Shown here: one piece after another, positions 44,825-54,263 of the stretch
Position numbering within the stretch: the first letter of the stretch is position 1
Layout of the letters: every line of letters starts with the position of its first letter
Assembly (NCBI GenBank): GCA_016928115.1
Contig: JAFGLI010000014.1
Coordinates: forward strand, 1 to 63,118
Source of the DNA: Candidatus Woesearchaeota archaeon
GTDB taxonomy: Archaea; Nanobdellota; Nanobdellia; Woesearchaeales; UBA9642
Direction: 5' to 3'
DNA: 63,118 nucleotides
Position numbers and translations under genes: made by a program
The notes under the pieces: model-generated
What the model saw: the letters and a program-made list of their open reading frames with translations, nothing else
The model's database searches: none
Told to the model about the DNA's origin: nothing

Positions 44825-45316
44825 TTAAACTCTTCCTAAAACAGTTCCTTCAGTTACACTATTCAAACCACTATCTGTATTTATATAATAAAGCTTTATA
44901 TCAGCCCTAAATTTTTCATTTTTTTCAGGCATATCTCCTTTTATATATACTGTAAATATACCTCCGTCCTGAACATATATGCTATTATTAACTTCACTGG
45001 TTATGTTTGCTCTGCCTGCTCCAAATCCATATTGATTTATATTGAAGTCATTGCTGCTCACTCCAATAATATTTAAACTGCTTCCCATATTATTATTGAT
45101 TAAAACAAAAACAACCCCAGTCTCATTTACTGATGCCTTACCTATGCAGTCTATGCCCGGAGGGAATATGCAGTATTCTGCTGATGCAGGCTCCATAACT
45201 CCAAAATAAACTAATGAAGCAAATACAACCATTAAAACCAGAATAACCCACCCATAATTAACAAGGAATTCAAGTGCAGCCTGTCCTTTTTTTATTGGCT
45301 CTTTTGTATATCTCAT
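44825..45316 (-). CDS. Archaeal type IV pilin-like protein (class III signal peptide)
   Basis: KKGQAALEFLVNYGWVILVLMV N-terminus. Shares PGIDCIGKASVN...VVFVL.NN with the 44210 gene. Confidence 0.75.
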   Translation of the reverse strand: MRYTKEPIKKGQAALEFLVNYGWVILVLMVVFASLVYFGVMEPASAEYCIFPPGIDCIGKASVNETGVVFVLINNNMGSSLNIIGVSSNDFNINQYGFGAGRANITSEVNNSIYVQDGGIFTVYIKGDMPEKNEKFRADIKLYYINTDSGLNSVTEGTVLGRV

Positions 45317-45334
45317 TTTTATATCATTGTGTAA

Positions 45335-46603
45335 TTATACTAAAGAGGATGTAAATATGCTTATTATATAATAACTCAAATAATATAACGCAAGCGTGCT
45401 TATTATAAATACAGGTATATATCTTATTCCTTCTTTAATGTTTCCTTTTTTTATGGTGCTTATTATAAAAGAAGAAAATAAGGATGTTATAAATAACATA
45501 ATAAAAACAAAAATCCTGAAGTCATTTAATGCGATGGCATTTGCATTAAGGTCTATAAAAGAGGCTGAGCCTATCTGGGTGCTTATATCTATCCCGCCGA
45601 CCATTGTCTGTATTACTATAAGCAGGTTTGTAGACAAACCCAGCAATGCAGGTGCACCAACTATGCATGCAAAAGCGATGAATATTACATAAGTGGTCAC
45701 ATCTGCAGACATCTCTTTTTTCAGTATCTTACCTTCTTTTATATTAATAGCAATCTTATTTAATAAATCAGCCATCTGACCGCCTGACTCAAGTCCTTCG
45801 AGCAGAAGATTTATGGACCGTTCCAGTGTTTTTGAGTTATATCTGTCTGAAAACTCCTTTAATGATTTTTTTAAGTCCTCCCCCGTCATTGTGTTCTTGG
45901 CAACTTCCTCAATCTCCTTTGCCAGTATCCCGAATTTAGGCCGTACAGCATACCATAGTGCCTTGTCTATTGTCATTCCTGCATTTATATTTGCAGCAGT
46001 TAATTGTAAAAAATCAGGAAGCACATCCTCTATTTCAATTGTTCTTTTATACATCCTGTAATCAAGAAACAAATATATGCCAAGCCAGGTTATGAGGTAT
46101 AATATTCCCAGAAAAAGTGTCCATATAACAATAAACATAAGTAAAGCAAAAATATAATTCTCATCAATTATATTGAATGCAAGAAAAGCAAGAGAAACCA
46201 GGGATGTAATAATCAGGATTATTTTATTTATCTTAAGTCTTATTTCCTCACTCTCAATATCATAGCCCGCCCTTTTCAGGTAAAGGGGGAATAATTTCCT
46301 CTTTGGAGTCCTGGGAGCCTTTTTCCTGAAGTTTATTTTTCTTTTTTTTATATTTGCCTTCGGAATATCTTTTTTATTTTCTTTTTTTTCAGCTTGTTCT
46401 TCAGGTTTTTTATCTTCTTTCTTTTCTTTTTCAAGTTCCTCAGACTTTGGCTGAAGTTCATGAGAATATTGCTCTTGACTAACAGACTTCTTTAAAGTCT
46501 GTAATTTTTTCTTAAATTTGCTGTCTTTCCTGACTTCAGGAAATTCTTTTTTGGGGCCTTCTTTTTTTGTTTTTTTTATTTCAGGCATTTTATAACTCCA
46601 CAT
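45335..46603 (-). CDS. T2SS-F/TadC-like pilus platform membrane protein with a K/E-rich N-terminus
   Basis: One T2SSF-type domain (LPDFLQLTAANINAGMTIDKAL...LLEGLESGGQMADLL) plus TM helices. Confidence 0.7.
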   Translation of the reverse strand: MWSYKMPEIKKTKKEGPKKEFPEVRKDSKFKKKLQTLKKSVSQEQYSHELQPKSEELEKEKKEDKKPEEQAEKKENKKDIPKANIKKRKINFRKKAPRTPKRKLFPLYLKRAGYDIESEEIRLKINKIILIITSLVSLAFLAFNIIDENYIFALLMFIVIWTLFLGILYLITWLGIYLFLDYRMYKRTIEIEDVLPDFLQLTAANINAGMTIDKALWYAVRPKFGILAKEIEEVAKNTMTGEDLKKSLKEFSDRYNSKTLERSINLLLEGLESGGQMADLLNKIAINIKEGKILKKEMSADVTTYVIFIAFACIVGAPALLGLSTNLLIVIQTMVGGIDISTQIGSASFIDLNANAIALNDFRIFVFIMLFITSLFSSFIISTIKKGNIKEGIRYIPVFIISTLALYYLSYYIISIFTSSLV

Positions 46604-47384
46604 TAGGCCTTGAATTCCTTATTATTGCAAGGAACATGAACTGCATAAAAGTCAGAAGGCCTGCTATTATCATAAGTATAGTCAAACTCAGGGTCATTCC
46701 TATAAATGTTGCAAGAACTATCAGCATGGTTATTCCAAGTGAAGGGACAATAATTGCCATCATCATATAAAACATTGCCAGAGGGTTAAGCTTTTTGGCA
46801 TATTCCTTCACTTCTATTTTCTGTTCTCTCACTATCTGGTCAATAGAACTGTCCAGTGCTTTCTCAATATCTGCACCTGTTTTTATTGAATTAATGATCT
46901 GCCACAGCAGCCTTCTCAGGTTATCTGAAGGCACTATTTCTATAGTTTCGTTAAGGGCATCTTCCATAGTTGTGCCCAGATTGATCTTTTCAACTATGTT
47001 CTCAAAATACTTTCCCACATAATCATAATTCCTTGACAGGTTTTCAAATGTTTTGAACAAAGGAACCCCTGAGTTCAGCTCTATGATTAAAAAACGGCCT
47101 GCAAAAACAATCTCCTTTTCAATCTCAGATGAAATCTTCTTTGCCTTATAGTCAGCATAATGTATAAAATAAGAATATATGAAAAATATAAGAATAGGTA
47201 ATGCAAATACAACCTGCCATTTTTTTAAGAACATAAACCCTATGAAAACAACGGCTAGGCTGAGATAAATAGAAATCATCACTGTTTTTTGCACATATTC
47301 CTCAGGTGTCTGGTTTATCCCTGCTTTTATCAGCTTTAATTTCAGGTCAGGTATTTTTTTTGAGATTTTTTTATATATTAACAT
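46590..47384 (-). CDS. T2SS-F/TadB-like pilus platform membrane protein
   Basis: One T2SSF-type domain (GRFLIIELNSGVPLFKTF...IINSIKTGADIEKAL). 14-nt overlap with the next ORF. Confidence 0.7.
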   Translation of the reverse strand: MLIYKKISKKIPDLKLKLIKAGINQTPEEYVQKTVMISIYLSLAVVFIGFMFLKKWQVVFALPILIFFIYSYFIHYADYKAKKISSEIEKEIVFAGRFLIIELNSGVPLFKTFENLSRNYDYVGKYFENIVEKINLGTTMEDALNETIEIVPSDNLRRLLWQIINSIKTGADIEKALDSSIDQIVREQKIEVKEYAKKLNPLAMFYMMMAIIVPSLGITMLIVLATFIGMTLSLTILMIIAGLLTFMQFMFLAIIRNSRPNVEL

Positions 47385-47434
47385 TTTAAGTTATGAAACG
47401 TTTATTATACGGTATTTAAATACAATATGATAGC

Positions 47435-48958
47435 TTAACCTTTTTTAACCAATTTTATAAGGCTCTCTTTATTTGTATAATATTCTGCTATTATCCTGCC
47501 GACATCATTGACATTGACTATATTATGCTTTACCATATAAAGAAGTATGTTCTCCTTTTCCTTAAGGTCCTTGTTTATCTCATTCTCGCTCATTCCAGTA
47601 TACATCTTCAGAGTGTTTACAATTTTTTTGGACTTATTCACTTTCTTCAGCATATCTTTTTTGGGTTCAAACTGGAACAAAGTATTTGGTTTTCCATCTT
47701 CAAGAATCTCTGAAATCTGGAATGTCCTTCTTTTTCCTGTTCTCCTATTCCTGAACTGGGTTATTATTAAAGAAATGGCAGGAATCATTTTCTCAGGAAC
47801 CTCTATCGGAGGATGCGTAAACCTGTCCAGGGTTTCATCAGCATTGTTTGCATGGAAAGTAGCATAACAGCTGTGCCCCGTATGTATTGCCTCAAATAAA
47901 GTCTGGGCTTCCTCCTTTCTCCTTACCTCACCGACCAAAATCCTGTCAGGCCTCATTCTTAAGCTGTTGACCAATAAATCCTCCATAGTTACCTGCCCCC
48001 TGCCCTCTGTATTTACACTCCTGGTTACCATAGGAACCCAGTGCAGGAATTTTGGAAGCTGTAATTCCCTCGTATCCTCAATAGATATAATCCTTTGATT
48101 TGGCGGGAAAAAATTGGATAGTGAATTAAGGGCAGATGTTTTTCCTGATGCAGTACCTCCTGCTATTATTGCAGAAAGTTCAAACTGGAATGCCATCCAG
48201 ATGAATGATGCTGCTTCTGATGAGATTGTCTTGTTTTTTATGAACTGTGTTATTGTCCACGGGTCACGTGAAAATTTTCTTATGGTTATGGTATTGCCGT
48301 GCGTGGATATCGGGCTTAATGTTGCATTTACCCTGTCTCCCTGGGATAAATGTGCATCGAGCAACGGAGCCAATACTGAAATCTGCCTTCCCACTTTTCT
48401 GCCGATTAATGATGAATAATGCTTAATCTGGTCCTCATCCCTGAGAAATATATTTGTCTTAAGCCAGCCGTGTTTTTTGTGGTACACCCATACTGGCTCA
48501 GAACTCTGGTTCACAACTATCTCCTCCAGATTCTGGTCATCCATCAGAAGATCAAGATTGCCGAGGCCGAGGCTTTTTGCTATAAGATAAGACTCAAGAA
48601 ATTCCTTTGTCCTGTCATCAATATCCGGGAAATACTTATCAAGAAGAACAGATATTGTTTCCTTGAATTTTTCCTCTATTACATTGGTCTTTTTTATGTC
48701 TGTAAGCTCTTTTATTCCCAGATTTACTTCTTTAATGAGTTCCTGCCTGATTTTTTCAAGAATTAATTCTGTTGTTTTGCTTATGCTTGAGATAGCAACA
48801 TTATACACAAATACAAACTCATCAGGTTTTTTATCAATAGTAATCTTTATAGGTATATTCTTTGACTTATACTCATATTCATCATAAACCCTGCTGGTTT
48901 TTTTCTCAGAAGCAGCAGGCTCTTTTGCCTTTTTCTTTTTTTTAGTCAAAAAACACAC
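47435..48958 (-). CDS. Type IV pilus/archaellum-type secretion ATPase (FlaI/PilB/VirB11 family)
   Basis: Walker A GGTASGKTS, Walker B RPDRILVGEVR, and His box HTGHSCYATFHA. Confidence 0.85.
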   Translation of the reverse strand: MCFLTKKKKKAKEPAASEKKTSRVYDEYEYKSKNIPIKITIDKKPDEFVFVYNVAISSISKTTELILEKIRQELIKEVNLGIKELTDIKKTNVIEEKFKETISVLLDKYFPDIDDRTKEFLESYLIAKSLGLGNLDLLMDDQNLEEIVVNQSSEPVWVYHKKHGWLKTNIFLRDEDQIKHYSSLIGRKVGRQISVLAPLLDAHLSQGDRVNATLSPISTHGNTITIRKFSRDPWTITQFIKNKTISSEAASFIWMAFQFELSAIIAGGTASGKTSALNSLSNFFPPNQRIISIEDTRELQLPKFLHWVPMVTRSVNTEGRGQVTMEDLLVNSLRMRPDRILVGEVRRKEEAQTLFEAIHTGHSCYATFHANNADETLDRFTHPPIEVPEKMIPAISLIITQFRNRRTGKRRTFQISEILEDGKPNTLFQFEPKKDMLKKVNKSKKIVNTLKMYTGMSENEINKDLKEKENILLYMVKHNIVNVNDVGRIIAEYYTNKESLIKLVKKG

Positions 48959-49016
48959 CTCTTATCCTGAATATATAATAAAAATTAAGGCGAGAATTAT
49001 TTATAAACTTTTCGAA

Positions 49017-50192
49017 TTATTTTCCTATAAGAGAACCAAGCTGGTTATATTCTTTTTTCAATCCTTCTTTCTGGTCTTTTATTTTTTTAAGCTTATTTTT
49101 CATATCTTTCATATGCTCTTCTATTGATATGGCAGAACTCAGAATATCAAATGAAGTCGCTTTTTTTTCAAGCTCCTTAAGCTCAGATTCCAATAAAAGC
49201 CTTTTTTCCTCAATTTCATTAAACATCTGGCTCATCCTTGATTTTTTCTCAAAGAATTCCCTGAAATTCTTTGTGGCCTCTTTTCCTTTTTCAGATACAT
49301 CCTCCATATCAACCTGGGCCTTTTTTACTTTTTCAAGTATCCTGTCCTGTATTTTCATTATCTTTTCCTCAGTTGCCTGGTTTTTCTTAAGCAGTGGGTC
49401 TATCTCATTATGTTTTTTTGCCTCTATTTCATTTTTTATTATCTCAGCTTTTTTTATCAGACCGTTCAGGTTTTGCCTGGAAGAAGCAATCTCTTTTTCT
49501 TTTGTAATTATCTTATTGCCGGAAGAATCCGCAATCTTTATTATTGAATCAAGTTTTTTTCTTAGCTTATCTTCTGTCTCTTTTATTTCTTCAAGCTCTT
49601 TTTCATCTGTTGTTATTCTTTCCTCCTCTTCTTTTATTTGTTCCTCTATTTCATTATATTTTTGTATCTCTTCTTCTAGTTCCTCATGGGCGGATTTCAT
49701 GCGGTCATGGAATTCCTGTTTTTGCCTGAGTATTTCATTATCAACCTTATTCTTCATTTTTTCATAATGCTCAAGTTGCTTAACCTCTTTTTCTACTCTC
49801 TCAAGCTCCTTGCCTATCTCTTTTTTAAGTTCCAGAAACTTTGTTTTTATATCCTCAAAACCAACAGTTTCGTGCTGCAGTGCTCTTAAAGTTGAGTCAA
49901 CACTTCTCACAAAAGCCTCTTTTTTTGTCTTGTATTCATTTTCTTTTTTTGAAAGCTCTTTCTTGGAAAGCTTTTTTCTGCATAAGAACATCTTCGAGAA
50001 ACTGTACTCCAGGCTTATTAATCCCTCTTCCTCAAGAAACTCTGCCCACTCTCTGATTATTTTCTTGTTTAGTCCTAATTGCGAGGCAGCTTCATCCAGA
50101 GAAATCTTTCCGTTCTTGCTGTTGGTAATCATAACTATTAACTTATCAGGTCCTGTTTCTATTGCCTCAACAGATGCCGCGAACATTATCAT
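49017..50192 (-). CDS. wHTH + long coiled-coil protein heading the pilus operon
   Basis: N-terminal ISLDEAASQLGLNKKIIREWAEFLEEEGLISLEY, then ~300 aa of K/E heptads. Occupies the position of upsX in ups-like operons. Confidence 0.4.
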   Translation of the reverse strand: MIMFAASVEAIETGPDKLIVMITNSKNGKISLDEAASQLGLNKKIIREWAEFLEEEGLISLEYSFSKMFLCRKKLSKKELSKKENEYKTKKEAFVRSVDSTLRALQHETVGFEDIKTKFLELKKEIGKELERVEKEVKQLEHYEKMKNKVDNEILRQKQEFHDRMKSAHEELEEEIQKYNEIEEQIKEEEERITTDEKELEEIKETEDKLRKKLDSIIKIADSSGNKIITKEKEIASSRQNLNGLIKKAEIIKNEIEAKKHNEIDPLLKKNQATEEKIMKIQDRILEKVKKAQVDMEDVSEKGKEATKNFREFFEKKSRMSQMFNEIEEKRLLLESELKELEKKATSFDILSSAISIEEHMKDMKNKLKKIKDQKEGLKKEYNQLGSLIGK

Positions 50193-50312
50193 AAACCTCT
50201 TTTTTGCAGTTTTATCTTATTAAATTATTTTTCTTTATATATCTTTCTAATCTAAGCGTTAAATTTAAAAACATATTCTCAATCTTTAACTAATAGAGAT
50301 TTATTAATAAAC

Positions 50313-50429
50313 AGCCCCGTAGTGTAGTGGTCAATCATTCGGGATTTTGGTAATGGAAATCAAAAATTAAGAAAATTATGATTCCATTGAAAATGTCCTG
50401 AGACTCAGGTTCGAATCCTGGCGGGGCTA
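50313..50429 (+). tRNA. tRNA-Gln(UUG) with a ~44-nt canonical intron
   Basis: A1-U72 acceptor AGCCCCG/CGGGGCU, D arm GUGUAGUGGUCAAUCAU, anticodon stem CGGGA/UCCUG, and loop UUUUGG + intron (about 50351-50394). T arm CAGG-UUCGAAU-CCUG. Confidence 0.85.
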
Positions 50430-50492
50430 ATTTTATAAATATTACCATTAATTTTAAAAACATAGACTTCTATAAATTATAGTTTGTGAAAG

Positions 50493-51458
50493 ATGAAGAT
50501 ACTGGATGATATAGAAAAACCAAATGCAAAGACAAGAATCCAAAAAGACATAAAAGAAAACGGCTATATGGCTGAGCATAATTATTATTGTTATCTCTAT
50601 AATAATGAAGGGGTTGAAAAAGATATATATTTTTCTTTTGATAATAAAAAAGGCATAATGGCCCGCCACCTGAAAAGAAACAATAAATACTATATATTCT
50701 CAGATGTTATAGCACCTGAAGGAAAACAGCTTGATATTTTATACTGGTTTCTTGATTATTGTTTATATAATAAAAATGCAAAGGAAGTTGAGATTGAATT
50801 CTCTGAAAAGCTCATAAAAAAACTAAAAAGAAAAATACAGACAGACATAAAATGGATGAAATTCAGCCTGTCAGAGATGGATTACGGATTGATATGGCCT
50901 GTATATGAAATGGCTAAATGGAAAGGAGAAAAGATGAAAGGAAAGGAATGGAAAAAGATAAGGTATTACTGGAATAATTTTTTCAGGAAATATGATATAA
51001 AAATAAAGCCTTCCAAAAAAATAAGAAATGAGGAATTATACAAAATAGTAAAGTTATGGAAAAGAAAAAGGAATGGAGAAGATGCTCCTGTCTATAATTT
51101 TTTCCTCAATGCAATCAAAAACAACTTCAGGGGCTTTGATATGTCAAGAACCATGATAATAAATAACGAGCCTTCCTCAATCACAGCAGGATTCAGAATA
51201 CCAAATTCAAATAACTATTATTCTGCAATAGGCTTAACCAATTACAAATATGACAGATTAGGAGAAATAGCCAACATGGATGATTTAATAGAACTGAAAA
51301 AAACAGGATATGACTGCGTTGATTTTGGAGGAAGCGATGACTCATTATTCAGTTTCAAGAAAAAATTCAGGCCCACTGGTTATTACAATACATATGTCTA
51401 TCAGATAAGAAAACCAAGGCCTTTAAACAAAATAAAGAACAAACTCAGGAAAAAATAA
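50493..51458 (+). CDS. DUF2156-like (aminoacyl-phosphatidylglycerol synthase C-domain-like) protein
   Basis: IYFSFDNKKGIMARH...YYIFSDVIAPEG and KGKEWKKIRYYWNNFFRKY parallel the MprF C-domain patterns (F.s.dg.a.i.y....alGDPvGp; GkkrK.lRq..Nr.er). Confidence 0.45.
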   Translation: MKILDDIEKPNAKTRIQKDIKENGYMAEHNYYCYLYNNEGVEKDIYFSFDNKKGIMARHLKRNNKYYIFSDVIAPEGKQLDILYWFLDYCLYNKNAKEVEIEFSEKLIKKLKRKIQTDIKWMKFSLSEMDYGLIWPVYEMAKWKGEKMKGKEWKKIRYYWNNFFRKYDIKIKPSKKIRNEELYKIVKLWKRKRNGEDAPVYNFFLNAIKNNFRGFDMSRTMIINNEPSSITAGFRIPNSNNYYSAIGLTNYKYDRLGEIANMDDLIELKKTGYDCVDFGGSDDSLFSFKKKFRPTGYYNTYVYQIRKPRPLNKIKNKLRKK

Positions 51459-51481
51459 TTTAAAAACATAAAACATTTATT

Positions 51482-52570
51482 TCAGAATTTCACAAAACTT
51501 ATTTTATTTATATCTTTTTTTGCTTTTTTTAATTTATCATTGAAATCATTCAGAAAATCCTTCATTTTACAGGCAGTCATTTTTTTGCATTCACCGCACA
51601 AAAGATTTCCTGACCTGCATCTTTTGTATATATCAGCCAATTCATCATCATCTTCAACAAGATGCTGCTTCAATAACTCAAACACCATGCATTTCTCGGG
51701 CTGTCCGCCTTTCTTCTTCTGCTCTTCTATGGAAACCCTGCCTCCAGTAACAGCATTCATTATCTTTCTCTCAGTCTTCTCAGGGTCCTCCGGCAATTCT
51801 ATATAAGAGCCCGGGTTGCTTTTTGACATCTTTAGTTTTCCGTCCAATGATGGAGTGTATTTATGCTCCAGAGAGCTTGGAAGTACAAAACCATATTTGC
51901 TTTTCAGCCTTCTTGTGACATCCCTTGTCAGCCTTATGTGCGGGTCCTGGTCAATCCCTACAGGGACTATGCCCGGCATAGGCTTTTTCAGCTGGGGATA
52001 TAAAATATCAGCCACCTGCGTTACTGCTGCAAGAATCCTTGAAGGGTCAGCATCGCCATACACTGCCCTGAATTCATTTAAAGTAATCTTTGATGCAAAC
52101 TCATAAGCCCCATATATAACATCCTTATTCTCAGACTGAAAATAGAAGACTGTTTTCCTTGGGTCTAAGCCCAAAGCAATATAAGCAGGAATGTGAAAGT
52201 TTAAGGCTCTTTTTTTTGCCTCTTTTAATCTCACTCCCCTTGTGGTTAAAGCCTCTAAATCTGCAACCAGTATATAAGTAATTGCTCCATGCTCCTGAAA
52301 ATACCTGAGGTTTTCAACAGTCAGCTTATTGCCAAGGTGAATTTTATCTCCTGTAGGCATTATTCCTGACAGTGCATAAAAAGGCTTTTTGTTTTTTATT
52401 GAGGCTGCTATTATTTTCAAATCTCGTCCTGCAAAAACAACATTCCTTCTCATAATCCTGTTTGGATTCGGAAACATCTCTATCTTAAACTTCTCCAGAC
52501 CGAATTCTTTCATTATCTTTTCATAGTTCCCTATCAGCTTAGAGCCCCACGGGTCTATTGTTTTTGCCAT
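51482..52570 (-). CDS. trpS: Tryptophanyl-tRNA synthetase (archaeal type)
   Basis: IDPWGS N-terminus, KLKMSKSNP, and a C-terminal CRSGNLLCGECKK cluster. Confidence 0.85.
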   Translation of the reverse strand: MAKTIDPWGSKLIGNYEKIMKEFGLEKFKIEMFPNPNRIMRRNVVFAGRDLKIIAASIKNKKPFYALSGIMPTGDKIHLGNKLTVENLRYFQEHGAITYILVADLEALTTRGVRLKEAKKRALNFHIPAYIALGLDPRKTVFYFQSENKDVIYGAYEFASKITLNEFRAVYGDADPSRILAAVTQVADILYPQLKKPMPGIVPVGIDQDPHIRLTRDVTRRLKSKYGFVLPSSLEHKYTPSLDGKLKMSKSNPGSYIELPEDPEKTERKIMNAVTGGRVSIEEQKKKGGQPEKCMVFELLKQHLVEDDDELADIYKRCRSGNLLCGECKKMTACKMKDFLNDFNDKLKKAKKDINKISFVKF

Positions 52571-52615
52571 TTTATATAAAATAGAGATATTTATTATTTA
52601 AAACTTACTGATTTA

Positions 52616-53071
52616 TTATTTAAAAATATTGTTTATAATATTATATGCATTTTCCCTGTTCTTCGGAAAAACTGCAAGGCTTATTTTTATATGAAAGCAT
52701 TCCCCTGATTCTGTTAATTCATATATATATTCAAAAAGCTTATTTCTTGATAACCTTAAATAAAAGTTCAGGTCATTGTCTGTTCTTGAATCTTTTTGTT
52801 TTAATAATATTTTTTTGTCTTTTTCTGATAACTCTTTATTTAATTTTTCCAGAAAATCATTACAATGCCTGTCTTTTTCCAGCCTTATAGTATAAACAAT
52901 AATGGGCAGTTCATTGAAGCCGAATGTTTTCTGCATTTTTATATCAGGAGTTTTTTCACTGCTTATATCAAAAGGCATAATCTGGGCAAATGCATCTTTA
53001 ATCTTTTCAGGACCAATATCCTCATCATCTCTTGCAAAAACCCTTACTTCTATGTTGTGGGCTAGTTTCAT
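52616..53071 (-). CDS. DUF54/COG1325-type RNA-binding protein (predicted exosome-associated)
   Basis: IEVRVFARDDEDIGPEKIKDAF...FGFNELPIIVY...FYLRLSRNKLFE resembles the COG1325 pattern (tEDeekV...GhfGnpI...lyiRlDKQ). Confidence 0.5.
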   Translation of the reverse strand: MKLAHNIEVRVFARDDEDIGPEKIKDAFAQIMPFDISSEKTPDIKMQKTFGFNELPIIVYTIRLEKDRHCNDFLEKLNKELSEKDKKILLKQKDSRTDNDLNFYLRLSRNKLFEYIYELTESGECFHIKISLAVFPKNRENAYNIINNIFK

Positions 53072-53154
53072 CTTATTCTAACATATTAAGAAAGTTTATT
53101 AATGTTTTGTGTTGAACAGTTAATTTTTTAATAAACAAATCTTTACTCTTATAT

Positions 53155-54213
53155 ATGAAAACTATAAAAGAGGGGAATGCCAGTGTAAAAATCCCTGAAT
53201 CTGATAAAATAAGCAGGAAGATGGGTGTATTCTATAATCCCAAAATGGAATCAAACAGAGACATTAGTGTATTATTGTTAAAGACTATGAAAAAAGAGAA
53301 TATGAATATCGGTTTGCCTCTTGCAGGAACAGGCATAAGGGGAATAAGGTTTTTAACAGAATTGCCCAGAAAAAAAATAAAATCCATTAAATTCAATGAC
53401 CATTCTGAAAAAGCTGTAAATTTAATTAAAAAAAATATAGAATTAAATGAAGATAAGCTGAAATGTGCTGATATAGAAGTTTCTTGCTTGGATTCAGATG
53501 AATTCTTACTGAAAAGCGGGGGTTTTGATTATATTGAGATAGACCCTTTCGGCAGCCCGAACAGGTTTATTGACATGGCTGTAAAAAGAACAGCAAACAA
53601 AGGGATAATTGCAGTAACTGCAACCGACACAGCACCATTATCAGGAACATATCCAAAAACCTGTCTTAGAAAATACTGGGCGATTCCTTTGAGAAATGAA
53701 ATTCAGCATTTGATTGGTTTAAGAATCTTAATAAGGAAGATTCAGCTTATTGGAGCGCAATATAATAAATCTTTAACTCCCGTACTATCTTATTATAAAG
53801 ACCATTATCTCAGGGTATTTTTTGAATGCAGAAAATCAAGGAAAGAATGTAATAAGCTACTGAAAAACCATGATTTTATTTTTTATTTCAATGAAAAAAC
53901 CGGCCCTTTATGGTTGGGAAAATTAAATGATGAAAAAATATTAAAGAAAATGCTGAGAAACACTGAAAAAAATAATGATTTCCTAAAAACCTTATATGAT
54001 GAAACCAGAATTAACAATATAATCTTTTATCCAATACATGAATTAGCTAAAGAACTGAAAATAAAAAATACACCTAAAAATGAAACTATAATAAAAGAAC
54101 TGAAAAAGAAGAAATACAAAGCATCTTTAACTCATTTCACTCCCTGTGGAATAAAAACAGACATGGAAATAGATGAATTCCTTGATTTTTTTAAAGAACT
54201 AAGCAATAAATAA
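53155..54213 (+). CDS. trm1: tRNA (guanine26-N2)-dimethyltransferase Trm1
   Basis: FYNPKMESNRDISV, IEIDPFGSP and TATDTAPL motifs. Confidence 0.88.
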   Translation: MKTIKEGNASVKIPESDKISRKMGVFYNPKMESNRDISVLLLKTMKKENMNIGLPLAGTGIRGIRFLTELPRKKIKSIKFNDHSEKAVNLIKKNIELNEDKLKCADIEVSCLDSDEFLLKSGGFDYIEIDPFGSPNRFIDMAVKRTANKGIIAVTATDTAPLSGTYPKTCLRKYWAIPLRNEIQHLIGLRILIRKIQLIGAQYNKSLTPVLSYYKDHYLRVFFECRKSRKECNKLLKNHDFIFYFNEKTGPLWLGKLNDEKILKKMLRNTEKNNDFLKTLYDETRINNIIFYPIHELAKELKIKNTPKNETIIKELKKKKYKASLTHFTPCGIKTDMEIDEFLDFFKELSNK

Positions 54214-54263
54214 CAATATTTAAAAATAGATTTATATTTATTTTTTAAAAAAGAGGTGTGAGT

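Noticed and set aside
49129-50223. Several plus-strand ORFs (61-212 aa) opposite the coiled-coil gene of the pilus operon
   Set aside because: Same artefact: S/F/L-rich mirror images of a K/E-rich coiled-coil gene. The same applies to 41547-41918, 15078-15488 and 14999-15295.
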